DNA from: Chiloscyllium plagiosum
Lineage: Eukaryota
DNA: 56,413 nt
Assembly: GCF_004010195.1 (NCBI RefSeq)
Contig: NC_057755.1
Location: 2,183,803 to 2,240,215, forward strand
Direction of reading: 5' to 3'
Positions 1-12,659 of the stretch are shown one piece after another. Position 1 is the first letter of the stretch. The number at the start of each line of letters is the position of its first letter. Made by a program: the position numbers and the translations under genes. A model generated the notes under the pieces. The model had not been told where the DNA came from. It did no database searches and saw nothing but the letters and a program-made list of their open reading frames with translations.

Positions 1-451
1 CCAATATACTGCAGTTCATATAATGTAATGTACACTTCTGGGGGCAGTCTCTACTATCGAGGTTCCAAAACCAAATGCAGAAATTGTGCAATCAAAGTCT
101 CGCATTCTTTGTTTTGCTGATTTCTGGTTTCTTTGTGTGGATGTTATTGTCTTATGGGAAAACTCCATCCAGTCTGAGTAACCCAAAAGCAAATGAAATC
201 AACCACCGCTGAGCCTAGAAATACATTGAGCACACGACAATACTTCTGAGAGTAATCTGTTTTTCCCTATGTCTTTTTAAAGTGCAAATGAGTGAGTTTG
301 CTGCTCAGGTTCAGACTCTTCAAACTTCATATCACATGGAACAGCAATTATCTTTGTTTGAAAATCCACCATTTTTAGTCTGGGCTCAGACACAGAGAAT
401 GTTTAATCAGTGACTTCATGTCTCTTTTTGTCCCCTTTCTCTCTCTTCCAA

Positions 452-1318
452 TTAGTCTCGTGGTTCTTGTCCTCCTGGCTTAGGGCAATTGTGGTCTTTC
501 TACATGCACTACTCGTTACTTGATGGCCATGGCAACATCTGATCTACTGTTCAATGTCTTTGATGTCATACTTGATCGGTTTAGTTTCTATTATTATCCA
601 CAGTGTTTCCTGGACATCACTCCCATTTGCAATGATATTTATGCTCTGAACCGTGTGACCATTAACTGTTCTGTCTGGTTCACTGCTACTTTTAATTTTG
701 ATCGATTTGTCGCCATTTCTTTTCATCAAATGCAATCTCAGTATTGTATAGAGAAAACTGCAATCTAGTTTCTAGCAACAATCTGTATTTTCTTTGCTTT
801 AAAGAACATTCCTTCCTACTTTCAATTTAAACCTGGAAAGATCAGGAACAATATTCCATGGAAGTGTTATACCAAGTCCAGTTAATTTAAAGATCGTCGA
901 TGGGATAGTTTTAAATATTTTGCACAATATTTAACACCAGTTCTCCCATTCATTTTTTATTCTCTTTCTCAATATTCTGACTGTCAGACACATCTTCGAG
1001 ACTGTGAAGATGCATAAGGGACTGAGGGGTCAGGGAAAAATAGAGAATGATCCAGAGATAGAAGGCAGAAAGAACTCTGTGATTTTACTGTTTGCCATAT
1101 CCTCCAGCTTCATGCTTCTATGGTTGGTGTATATTTTATACATCTTTGAAACTGCTCATGATCTCTTTATGCAGGTTGGATATATGCTGCGGAACCTAAG
1201 TTGCTGCACCAATGCAGTGATTTATGTGGTGACACAGAAGAAATTCAGAGACCAGTTAAAGTATGTAGTGAAATATCCAGTTATAAACATAATTCAATTG
1301 GTGAATAAAACCAATTAA
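452..1318 (+). pseudogene. GPR139/GPR142-like class A GPCR, main coding exon, pseudogenised
   Basis: Reads VSLVVLVLLA*GNCGLSTCTTRYLMAMATSDL...FNFDRFVAI...LSCCTNAVIY...KYPV, colinear with the intact paralogue at 26254-27131. The acceptor is mutated (ttccAA at 449-451). There are stops at 481-483, 766-768 and about 882, plus frameshifts near 900-965. Exon 1 was not found in the window. Confidence 0.9.
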
Positions 1319-2029
1319 CTAAGAGCCAATATGAGCTGCAGCAGATAATGGAACGAGGAGTCCACGTGGGGAATGGACTGAAAAGAGAAGGAGGAGCAGC
1401 AACATGATAACACTCTTTTTTTCATGGTCAAGGATTGACTCCATCTGAGGAACAAAATGAAAGAGACTGGAGAGGAAACACCAGTGTAAAGTGTTGTTCG
1501 CAAGCAGCAATAGTTGGTAGAAAGCTGAACAACAAAAACATTATCAAAGACCTGGAGGAAAATATCATCGTTCACTGCAAACCAGAGTGGGAACAGCAAC
1601 GTCAGGCTCCAGTCCGCTCTTCCTCACGGATTCTCTGATCCACGTGTCTGGACAAAAGTTTCAAAAACAATTATGCTATAAAGAGTAAATATTATCCTCT
1701 AAATATTGTGTCTTCTGATTGCAAGTATATTTTCAGTCATACGGTTTGTGTTGCCTTTCAGTTCCCCTAGCCTCATGCTGATATCACTCCCTTTGTTTAT
1801 TCGTTTCTTTCTACCAATCAGCTGTTGTGTTGAGGGGGGAATCCAAGGCCCAGTCAAAGGGCTCAGAGAAGCTTGGATCTGAAGCTCGAGAATGGGGTCG
1901 GATGTGGGAGATGAGCAAACATCCTCAGTGTTTCCATGAGGAGGTTTTGTTGCGCTCAATGACTGCACCAAGCTCACTGGGAACTGACTCTGGATGAAGA
2001 CTGTTTGCTTGAGGCTTCATAAAGGACCC

Positions 2030-2900
2030 TGAGATCAATTCAAAAAGATATTCACATCACCATCAAGAATAGTTGTTACCATGTGCAAAACAGCTGCTAC
2101 ATCCATTCCTACCTCAGTTCATAATTGGTGAATCAGTCATTCTTTCCATTGTTACCTCCGGATCGTCGTGTTCCAGCGCCATATTGGTCTGACACCAGTA
2201 TGTAAACTGGGAGATAACAAGGACTGTAGATGCTGCAGAGTCAGAGTTGATAGAGTGTGGCCGTGGTAAAAGCACAGCAGGTCAGGCAGCATCTGAGAAG
2301 GAGAAGAGTCAACGTTTTGGGCAGGACCCTTCATCAGTCAACTCTCCTCCTCCTCGGATGCTGCCTGCCTGATTGTGTTTTTTTTCCAGTACCACACTTT
2401 ATCCACCAGATTATGAACTCCATACATTTACTTTGGCCAAATTTCTTCCCAACAAATCCCATTTCCTCATCATGCGCTGATGGCAGTGACCTGCACAGAC
2501 ACGTTGTCCTCTAAATTCTCAAGTTTCCATTATCATCCATTTGTTCAAAATGTTAAAAAGTCTGCCATTGATTTCTTTGCTTTCTTGGACTGATGTGAAC
2601 GTTGTTTTGTAAAATCCGATGAAAGTGTTCGATACTCTGTGGTGAGATACTCGACTGGTGTGTTAGTGAAATAAATTACAGATTTCATAGAATTAACTCA
2701 AATGTAATGGCAGGTAATAATGCCAGAAACAGTAATAAGTCATATAATCCTGTACCATTGAGCCAAGTCCACTTCTAGAACCGCACCCCACCGTCCTCTC
2801 AATTCTTCTGATTACGTAACTCCTTCTCCTACTAAAGATGCTCCATAAATGTATTCTCTTTGAATAAGTTATTCTCACCTGATCTAATGCCACGTTCTAT
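2030..2900 (-). pseudogene. Degenerate tandem C-type lectin-like domain relic, apparently intronless
   Basis: Ordered CTLD-like motifs across frameshifts and stops: RTWH, KENTFM, N*EDGG, WTWLNGT, YC, ICN; then INGR, ET*E, LPSAHDEEMGFV, GLH..WRW, N*, C..CE. Interrupted by the insertion at 2206-2404. Confidence 0.45.
2206..2404. mobile_element. Penelope-derived fold-back mini-element with degenerate hammerhead motif
   Basis: Inverted arms (aaagcacagcaggtcaggcagcatc vs gatgctgcctgcctg). The minus strand has CTGATGAagggtcctgcccAAAACGTT at about 2310-2337. Confidence 0.65.
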
Positions 2901-2969
2901 GGGTCAACATTCACTCTATTTAATTTCATATGATGATAAAGGTCTTTTTCAGCATGTTTCTAGGGATAG

Positions 2970-4290
2970 GGATTTATAAAGCATGGAAACAGAGCGCTAG
3001 GTCCAACTCATCCATGCCAAACAGATATGCTGATCTAATCTCGTCCCATGTACAAGCATTTTGCCCATGCCCCTCTAAACCCTTTGTATTCACATACATT
3101 TCCAGATGCTTTTTACATGTTGTAATTGTAATAGCCTCCACCACTTCCTCTGGCCTCTCATTCCATACATGCACCACCCTGTATGTGAAAATACTGTCTC
3201 TCAGTTTAGCTTAAACCTATGCCATCTAGTTTTGGACTTCTTTCTACTGGGTAAAAAAAAAAAGATCTTGGCTGTTTACTCTATCCATAACCCTCATGAT
3301 TTTATGAACCTTTACGAGGTTACCCGATAAGCCTCAAACACTGCAGGGGAAACAGGCCCAGCCTACCAAGCCCTCCAATACCAGCAACATCCTTGTAAAT
3401 CTTTTCTGCAACAGAGAGACGAGAATTGAATGCACCTCACATTTACCTAAATTAAACTCCATCTGCCACTAATAAGCCCATTCGTCCAGCTGATCAACAT
3501 CCCATTGTACTCTGAGGTAACTGTCTTCACCCTCCAGACCTTCACTAAGTCACACATGTTTATAGATAATGCAAGTATTTCTATTAGGGGCCTACGATGT
3601 TCTGGGATACACTTGATTAAGTCCTGGAGATTTACCTAACTTTATGTTTCCTAATACCTCCAGTACTTCCCCTTCTGTCATGTGAACTGTTTCCAAAACA
3701 TCAATATTTACTTCCCTAAATTCTCTAAACTTCAACTCTTTCCCAACAGTCACAACTGATACAAAATATTTATATAATGTCTCTCCCATCACCTGATATT
3801 CAACATAAAGACAATCTCATTGATTTTAAAGGGTCCTACTCTCTCTCATTTTGCTGTCTTGCTCTTCCTTGGATTACCTTTAACCTTATTTGCCAAGGCA
3901 ATCTCATTTCCACTTTGCCTTTCCGATTTTCTTCTTAGGAATGCCCCTACACTCTTTATACTCTTCAGATGATTCCAATTGTCAATATCTCATACATGAT
4001 GTTTTTTTTTACTATTGATGACAGCTTTAATAACTTAAATCATCCATTCTTCCCTAATCTTACCAGCCTTGCCATTCACTAAAGTAGGAACATAATGCTT
4101 CTGAACTCTCATTATCACATGATCGAAAGCCTCCCATTTGTTAGTCATTACTTTTTCCTGCAAACAGTGTACTCCAATCAACTAATCAAAGCTCATTTTT
4201 ATACCCTGAAAATGTGTCATATTCTAATTAAGACCTTTAACTCTTATGGAAGACACATCAATTTCCATAACTGTTTTATAACTAATAGAA
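2970..4290 (-). mobile_element. Old CR1 LINE fragments (3' end and ORF2 pieces)
   Basis: Peptides VHVWNERPEEVVEA and VLEVLGNIKLGKSPGLNQVYPR are typical of CR1 ORF2. Confidence 0.8.
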
Positions 4291-4302
4291 TTATGATGAT
4301 AC

Positions 4303-6675
4303 GGTCATAGAGTCATTGAGATGTACAGAACAGAAACAGACACTTTGGTCCAATCCCGTCCATACCGACCAGATATCGCAACCCAATCTAGTTCCATCTG
4401 CCCGCATCCGGCCCATATCCCTCCAAACCTTCCTAGTCATATACACATCCAAATACCTCTTAAATGTTTCAATTGTACCAGCCTCCACCACTTCCTCTGG
4501 CAGCTCATTCCATACATGTGCCATCCTCTGTGTGAAAATGCTGCCCCTTAGGTCTCTTTTAAATATTTCCCCTCTCGCCCTAAACCTATGCCCTCTAGTT
4601 CTGGACTCCGCAACCCCAGGGAAAAGACTTTGTCTATTTCTCCTATCCATGCCCCTCATAATTGTATAATCCTCTGTAAGGTCACCCCTAACCCTCCGAA
4701 GCTGCAGGGAAAACAGCCGCAGCCTGTTCAGCCTCTCCCAAGAGCTCAAATCCTCCAACCCTGGCAACGTCCTTGTAAATCTTTTCTGAACCCTTTCAAG
4801 TTTCATAACATCTTTCCGATAGTAAGGAGAGCAGAATTGCACGCAATATTCTAACAGCGGCCTAACCAATGTCCTGTACAGCCACAACACGACCTCCCAA
4901 CTCCTGTACTCAAAACTCTGGCCAAAATACGAAAATATATCAAACGCCTTCTTCACTATCCCATCTATTTGCGACTCCACTTTCAAGGAGCTATGAACGT
5001 GCACTCCAAGGTCTCTTTGTTCAGCAACACTCCCTAGGACCTTGAATTAAGTGTACAAGTCCTGCTAATATTTGCTTTCCCAAAATGCAGCAACTCACAT
5101 TAATCTGAATTAAACTCCATCTGCCACTTCTCAGCCCTTTGGCCAATCTGATGAAGATCCTGTTGCAATCTGAGGTATCCTTCTTCGCTGTTAACTACAC
5201 CTCCAATTTTAGTATCATCAGCAAACTTACTAACTATATCTCTTCTGCTCACATCCAAATTAATACATAAGTGGTGAAAAGTCGTAGAACCACTACCGAT
5301 CCTTGTGGCACTCCACTGGCCACAGGCCTCCAGTCTGAAAAGCAACCCTCCACCACCACCCTCTTTGTTCAACCTATGAGCCAGTTCTGTATCAAAATGG
5401 TTAGTTCTCCCTGTATTCCGTGAGATCTAACTTGGCTAACCAGTCTCTCATGGGGAATCTTGTCGAACGTCTTACTTAAGTCCATATAGATCACAGATAC
5501 CACTCTGCCCTCATCAATCCTCTTTGTTACTTCTTCAAAAACCTCGAACAAGTTTGTGAGACATGGTTTCCCACGCGCAAAGCCACGCTGACGATCCCTA
5601 ATCAGTCCTTGCCTTTCCAAATACATATACATCCTGTCCCTCAAGATTCCCTCCAACAGCTTGCCCACCACCGAGGTCAGGCTCACCGATCAATAGTTCC
5701 CTGGCTTGACCTTACCACCCTTCTTAAACAGTGGCACAACGTTAGCCATCCTCCTGTCTTCCGGCACCTCATCTGTGACTATCGATGATACAAATATCTC
5801 AGTAAGTGGGCCAGCAAATACTTTCTTAGCTTCCCACTCGGTTCGAGGTTACACCTGATCAGGTCCTGGGGATTTATACACCTTTATGCATTTCAAGACA
5901 TCCAGCACTTCCTCCTCTGTAATATGAACATTTTTAAAGATGTCACTATCTATTTCCCTCCATTCTATATCTTCCATTTCCTTTTCCACAGTAAATACTG
6001 ATTCAAACTACTCGTTTAGTATCTCCTCCATTTTCTGCGGCTCTACATAAAGGCCGCCTTGCTGATTTTTAAGGGGCCCTATTCTCTCCCTCGTTGTCCT
6101 TTTGTCCTTAATGCATTTGTAATGACCCTTTGGATTCTCCTTAATTCTACTTGCCAAAGCTATCTCATTCCCCCTTTTTGGCCCCCCTGATTTTAGTCTT
6201 AAGTATACTACTACTTCCTTTATATTCCTCTAAGGATTCACTCGATCTATTCTGTCTCTGCCTTATATATGCTTCTTTTTTTTTCTCAACCAAACCCTCA
6301 GTTTCTTCAGTCTTCCAGAATTCCCCATACTGACCAGCGTTTCCTTTCCCTCTGACATCCTTATGTCATTTCTGAAGGTTTCCCATTTTCCAGCCGTCCC
6401 TTTACTTGCACACATCTGCCCCAATCAGCTTTTGGAAGTTCTAGCCTAATACCGTGAAAATTGCCTTCCTCCAATTTAGACCTTCAACTTAGATCTGATC
6501 TATCCTTTTTCATCACTATTTTAAATCTAATAGAATTATGGTCGCTGCCCCAAAGTGCTCCCTCCTGACACCTCAGTCACCCTCCATGCTCATTTTCCAA
6601 GAGTAGGTCATGTTTTGCATCTCCTCTAGTAGGTACATCCACATACTGAATCAAAAAAAAAATCTTGCACACATT
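4303..6675 (-). mobile_element. CR1 LINE ORF2 (RT and C-terminus) with 3' tail, degraded
   Basis: KFADDTKIGG, RPLLEYCVQF, YMDLSKTFDKIPH and SLTSVVGKLLE motifs; (ATGACTCT)-like tail near 4305-4320. Confidence 0.92.
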
Positions 6676-6751
6676 TAGAAAAATAGTGTCAAAGTGTTAT
6701 CGCACTATCACATCAGTCACTTCCCCTGCCTAATTTCCCAAGACAAGTTCT

Positions 6752-7060
6752 GCTGGTATGGTGACTCAGTGGTTAACATTGCTACCTCAAACAGAAAGGG
6801 TCCTGGGTTTGATTCCACCAATGGGTGACAGCGTCTGCACATCTCTTCATGTCTGTGTGGGTTCCTTCCAATTTCTTCCCACGCCCCAAACATGTGCAGG
6901 TTCGGTGAACTGGCCATGCTAAATTCCTGATGGTGTACAGCGATATGCAGGTTAGATATGTTAGACATGGGAAATATGGTATATGGGGATGGGATCCTCT
7001 TCCAAGGATTGGTGTGGACTTGTTGGTTTGAATGACCTGGTTCCCATTCTAGGGATTATA
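6752..7060 (+). mobile_element. HE1-like tRNA-derived SINE (diverged)
   Basis: tRNA-like head (ggtgactcagtggttaac...gggtttgattcc) and core ggccatgctaaatt; homologous to 32872-33191. Confidence 0.8.
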
Positions 7061-7062
7061 TG

Positions 7063-9200
7063 AAGTTCATGTTTTGCTCTTTCTACAGCTGGAAACTTTA
7101 TGTATTGACAGAAGATATTCTCCTGAAAATATTTAACAAGTTCTTCACCATCCAAATCTTTAATATTATGGCAGTCCCATTCGGTGTTTGGAAATTTAAG
7201 ATCCCCTATTATTATAACCTTATTGTTATGACATACATTTGAGATCTCGACATGTTTGTTTCTCAATTCTTTCGACTATTGGAGTAAATGTGAAAAATAC
7301 ATGAAGAATGGATTTGGCACTTGTTATCTTGAAGTGAATTGTAAAGGGAATCAGGCAGAATGTATCAGCGAAGTCCTTCTGACTATTGCAAAGAACTTCC
7401 AGAGAAAGGGGTAAGTGCAGGTACAGTTATAGAGTCATAGAGATGTACAACACAGAACAGACCCTTCGGTTCAACTCATCCATGTTGACCCGATATCTTA
7501 AACTAATCTAGTCCAATTTGGCTCTATCCCTCGAAACCCTTCTTATTCATATCGCCATCCAGACGCTTTTTAAATGTTGTAATTTGTAGCAGCGTTCACC
7601 CACTTCCCCTAGCAGCTTATTCGATACACGCACCACCCTCTGTATGAAAACGTTGCCCCTTTTATATCTTTCCCCTCTCACGTTAAACCTACGCTCTCTA
7701 GTTCTGGACTCCCCCACCTCAGGGAAAAGAACTTGTCTATCTATCCTTTTCATGCCCCCTACGATTTTATAAACCTCTATAAAGTCACTCCTCAGCTTCA
7801 ATTACAACACTTCAAAGCATATATTTTCACTAAATACTCTCTCAGAAATATCTAATCTAATTATACTCGTGATGTTATCCTTAATCAAAAAAGCCACTCT
7901 CCTCTCCGCTCTTCCTGTCCTTCCTATAACATCCAAAACCGTCCCGTCCTTCCCTCAGCCAAGTTTCTGAAACAGCTTTGATATCCCAGCCCACGTTCCC
8001 ATCCATGTCCTGAGCTCACCAGCCTTATCTGTAAGATCTCTTACATTGAAATAAATGCAGTTTAATTCTTCAAAGTGACTTTGTTCTCTGACTGACTTTT
8101 AACTGCCTTTTCGAATTACTTTGGGTTTTTTTCTCATTCAGAACCATCCTCACATTATGTCTATTTTCACAGTTACTTCGGAAGTCCCCACCCCATGTCT
8201 AATTTTTTATAGGCTCTGGAAATAGAGTGAGCGAATCCCCCTGCCAGGATGTTGGTCCTTTTCCAGTTCAGATGAAACCCATCTTTTTTCTACCCAAGAA
8301 AATATCCCAATGATCCAAGAAACGGAATCTCTGCATGTCGACCCTTTTCTTCAGCCATTGATTGATCTGCTCTCGTCTTCCGTCATTTGAACTTGGGGCC
8401 GGAAGGAAACCAGCGATCACTATGTTTTATGTTCTGAATTTTAAACGTCTACCCAACGTTTTATACTGACTCTGCAAAGCCTTAACCCTTTCCTTGACAA
8501 TATCATTCCTCCCAATATAGAGAAGAACTTCCAGCTTCTCACTCTTCCATTTGACAATATGTTTCACACGTTTTGAGACGTCCTTAACCTGACACCACAT
8601 ACTATCTGAGGTTCATGCAAACTGCCACAGAATCTCCCTGTGTCTCTGTCAGGAGAGTCCCCATAACAATTATTCTTTTAAATCTTGACAAAACCTTTCA
8701 ACACAAGATTCATTCTTAGTGCCCACGGACTGACGACCACTTTGTGTTCCTCTGAGAGATTATCTCTTTCAATAGTACACAAAATAAAATATGTGTTTGA
8801 GAGAAGAATAGCAGCAGGAGAGTTCTGAACTTCCCTCTTCCTTTTCCTGACAGTCAATCATCTCGCTGACTGGTGCTGCTGTGTAATAATTTCTCTAAAT
8901 CTAATTGTCATCACACTCAGTGTGTCTAGTATGCCCTCAGTGAGATTAAGCCGAAGAAGAAGAAGAGCGGTCAATAGCACCTTAAATATGAAAACAAATG
9001 TCCATTCCTTTCCCACAGATCTAATATGACACACACACACACAAAGAAAAAAAACATATAAATGTTGAAAATAAATCAAACGCAATTGAACAAACGAAAT
9101 AGTTGACTCCTCCTCGAATAATCCAGCGTTCAGCTTTCAAGCTCTGGATTAAACTAAACTCTCTCCAGAGTTATCCATGTGTCAGTCTCTGCACAAGCTC
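7063..9200 (-). mobile_element. CR1 5' portion (endonuclease and ORF1 remnants) containing a nested CR1 3' fragment at about 7428-7800
   Basis: VIIIGDLKFPNTEWD (APE endonuclease); nested piece KLRSDFIEVYKI...VVRVSNKL with tail at about 7430. Confidence 0.7.
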
Positions 9201-9479
9201 CTTCAATGAATGATATCTCCTTTTTACTTTAAAAAAATATTCTTTTTGTCAAAACTTACCCACCACTGATGTCAGGCTCACAGGTCTATAGTTCCCTGCC
9301 TTTTCCTTACCACCTTTCTTAAATAACACCACCACATCAGGCTCCCTTCAGACTTCTGGAACCTCACCCATGGCTGGCGATGACACAAATATCTCAGTAA
9401 GAAGCCTAGCAATCTCCTCCCTAGTTTCCTCACCGTCTGACATTTTTGAAGAGCAGATAATTGTTTAATGCTGGACTGT

Positions 9480-9770
9480 GTGGTGTGAAGTCCACAAACA
9501 GTACAGCCTCTCATCTACTCCAAATCTACATCATGCACGCCATAGACAATTCTATATTGGACGGTCTGAACGAATGTCTCAACCTGGATAATCCTTTCTT
9601 AAGAATAAAACTCAGAAGCAATGATCAAATGATATGCATTTGTCTCAATGGGACTAACCAGCCATGACCCGCTCATGGTACTCGAGAACATGGCCCTGCC
9701 TGGCAGAATGTCCGAAACCCTGAGGAAAGACATCATCAACCCCGCCCACAGGAGAATCGGGGGAGGTGAC
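9480..9770 (+). mobile_element. Tx1-like LINE ORF2 fragment
   Basis: GRMSETLRKDII-like segment, homologous to the Tx1-like pieces at 37772 and 42200-42570. Confidence 0.5.
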
Positions 9771-10261
9771 TGACTCCACTATATCTCTGTTACTGAACAG
9801 TAAACACTTCCAACAGTATTTATAGAGATGGGGAAAGAGGATTATTGTGCCAGATGTCCACAAGGTTGAAATAAACTCCAGCCTCAAAACAATTAAAGGT
9901 CCTGAATTTTCTATTTTTATGAAATTCAGGCTTTCTCAATTTCAATTCTTTCAGACATACATTCAGTTTTTGCAAAATGCAGCTTAATTTTGAATGACAT
10001 GTAACTGGACAAGCTCAAAAATATCCATACAATATTCTTTGTTATTATGTAAAACCTGTTGTTTTATTTCTCAATCTGAATGTATTCCAAAGAGAGTACC
10101 CAGCGTACAGACAGAATCTATAAATTCACATGAGCTGATTCATTGACCCTGACAGACTCTGAACATTTCTGCAGGATGGTTGCAGTTACCACTTGCGGCC
10201 AGTAGTGGGCACTTATCCGCAGAACAGTGAAGTTCCAGGATCAGAAAGATGGAGACAGCAG

Positions 10262-11115
10262 ACGATCATTACCGCCTCAGGTTGGACAGTGTGAGGGAGG
10301 GGAAACTATCATCACCACCCTTGTGTTGGAGTGTGAGGGAGGGAGAAACAATCATTACCACCCTTGTGTTGGAAAGTGTGAGGGAGGGAGAGACAATCAT
10401 TATCGCCCTCGTGTTGGACAGTGTGAGGGAGGGAGAAACAATCATTACCGCTCTTGTGTTGGACAGTGCGAGGGAGGGAGAGACAATAATTGTTCCCCTT
10501 ATGTTGGAGAGTGTGAGGGAGGGAGGAACAATAATTATCGCCTTTGTGTTGGACAGTGGGAGGGAGAGAGAAACAATAATTATTGCCCTTGTGTTGGACA
10601 GTGTGAGGGATGGAGAAAGAATTTTTATCGCCCTCGTGTTGGACAGTGTGACGGAGGGAGAAACAATAATTATCACCCTCGTGTTGGACAGTGTGAGGGA
10701 GAGAGAAACAATAATTATTGCCCTTGTGTTGGACAGTGTGAGGGATGGAGAAAGAATTTTTATCGCCCTCGTGTTGGACAGTGTGACGGAGGGAGAAACA
10801 ATAATTATCGCCCTCGTGTTGGACAGTGTGAGGGAGGGGCAAACAATAATTATCGCCCTTGTGTTGGACAATGTGAGGGAGGGAGAAACAATAATTATTG
10901 CCCTTGTGTTGGACAGTGTGAGGGAGGGAGATACAATCATTTACGCCCTTGTGTTGGACAGTGTGAGGGAGGGACAAACAATAATTATCGCCCTCGTGTT
11001 GGACAATGTGACGGAGGGAGAAACAATAATTATCGCCCTTGTATTGGACAGCGTGAGGGAGGGAGAAAAAATAATTATCGCCCTTGTGTTGGACCGTGTG
11101 AGGGAGAGAGAAACA
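10262..11115. repeat. 45-bp minisatellite, about 19 units
   Basis: Unit TATCGCCCTYGTGTTGGACAGTGTGAGGGAGGGAGAAACAATAAT recurs at 45-bp spacing, giving 15-aa periodic ORFs. Confidence 0.97.
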
Positions 11116-11599
11116 GCTAGAAAGAGAGAGGAGTAGATAGGGAAAAGATTTGGTGCTGAAACCAATTGCTATGACATTTCCAGGGGTGGGAAAAGGGATT
11201 AGAGACGGTAGAAATGACCATATAGACAATAAATGATTCTTCTACGAGATGATGTGAAGGTGCCTGTGTTGGACTGGAGTGGACAAAATGTAAAATCACA
11301 AAACACCAGGTTATCGTCCAAAAGGGTCATTTGGAAGTATTAGCTTTTGATCAAGTAGCTAACTAACTCTGAAAACTTTGCGTGTTGCGATTTTTCATTT
11401 AATCCCGGAGAGTCAGAATACATTCTTTAAGAATGCCGTCCAGTTTAAATAAAAACACAGGAGTCTGAGAGAGAGAGGGTGGAAATGTAAAGTAAAATCG
11501 GTAATGATCCACGGCCTCACGTATCAGCAAATGGACCGACTGAGGGGAGGGAGAGTGGGGTGCGACCAAGCGGAATTTCTCCTCTTGCTCTACATTCCC

Positions 11600-11870
11600 C
11601 AATAACCACCATCATTACTTCCAACCCTCAATAATCACCATCAGTAACTTCGGGAATGGGACTTTGCCAACACAGTCCACTCTCCCTCCACTCCCCATAA
11701 CAATCACCATTCCCTTCACCGTGAATAACCACCATCATTCCTTTCACCCCCAATAACAACCATCATTACCTTCAGGAACGGGACTTTGCCGACAGTGTCC
11801 GCTCTCCCTCCAATGACCACCAGCATTACCTTCAGGAACGAGACTTTGCCGACACAGTCCGATCTCCTTC
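11600..11870. repeat. Degenerate tandem repeat of about 60 bp (3 full units plus partials)
   Basis: caccatcattaccttcaggaacgggactttgccgacagtgtccgctctccctcc recurs at about 11630, 11751 and 11811. Confidence 0.8.
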
Positions 11871-12084
11871 TGACGCTGCTCCTTTCTAAGTGGGAGCAGC
11901 CGCCGTATCTAAGGAAGAGTCCCATATCTAAGGAACAGTGTTGTTCTTTTTCAAAAACACGTTTCATTCATAAAAAGATATACTGTTGCTTAATGATTTC
12001 GGTTTTGTGCATTGGCATATGAAAAGAAGAAAACAGACATTGGAGTTGGGCTCTTTTCTCGAAACGCACTACCCTCCACTCAGT

Positions 12085-12365
12085 TGTGGGATGTAGACAC
12101 TGTCACACATCTGCTGCTGGAATGTGCCTTTGCAAAGGGAGTCTGCAGAAAGATGTTTTGCCAACATTTGTCCCAAGCACAGGATTCTGCTCTAAGGTCT
12201 GTTCACCCCACATGTACTCCCTGCACCTGGCAGATCATCAACTCAGTGAAAGATGCTGTTAGGTCTGCCCAAGACTCGTTCACCTTCCAGAGCAAGGAGT
12301 TGACGTCCACCGAGTGTTGCAGACTGACACATTCCAAGGTCCAGGACTAAGTGCTGAGGGACTAT
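12085..12365 (+). mobile_element. Tx1-like LINE ORF2 C-terminal fragment
   Basis: DTVTHLLLECAFAK...INSVKDA...ECCRLTHSKVQD. Confidence 0.8.
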
Positions 12366-12659
12366 CTGAGGTCTTATTGCCGAACATAATGGGAGTCTTT
12401 CCAGTTGTCAGATCCTCCAAGTACCTCAAATGTTTGTGTAAGAGATGTCTTTGCTTTGTTGTGATGTGGAGTTGTCTGCGTTGGACTTGGATGGACAAGG
12501 TCAAAAACTACATGACCACAGGTTACAGCCCAACAGGCTTATTTGAAATCACAAGCTTTCAAAGCGCTGCTCCTTCACCTGATTGCAATCCACTTATTCT
12601 TTCTCACCCCTAACAACCTTCTCCAATCTTTGTATTCCCTAAAATTTTCATTTATTCCA

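Noticed and set aside
10262..11115. CRISPR-like array
   Set aside because: Units are head-to-tail with no unique spacers, there are no cas genes, and the context is vertebrate.
10227..11229. ORFs of 223-305 aa as protein-coding genes
   Set aside because: They are a by-product of a stop-poor 45-bp unit open in several frames on both strands.
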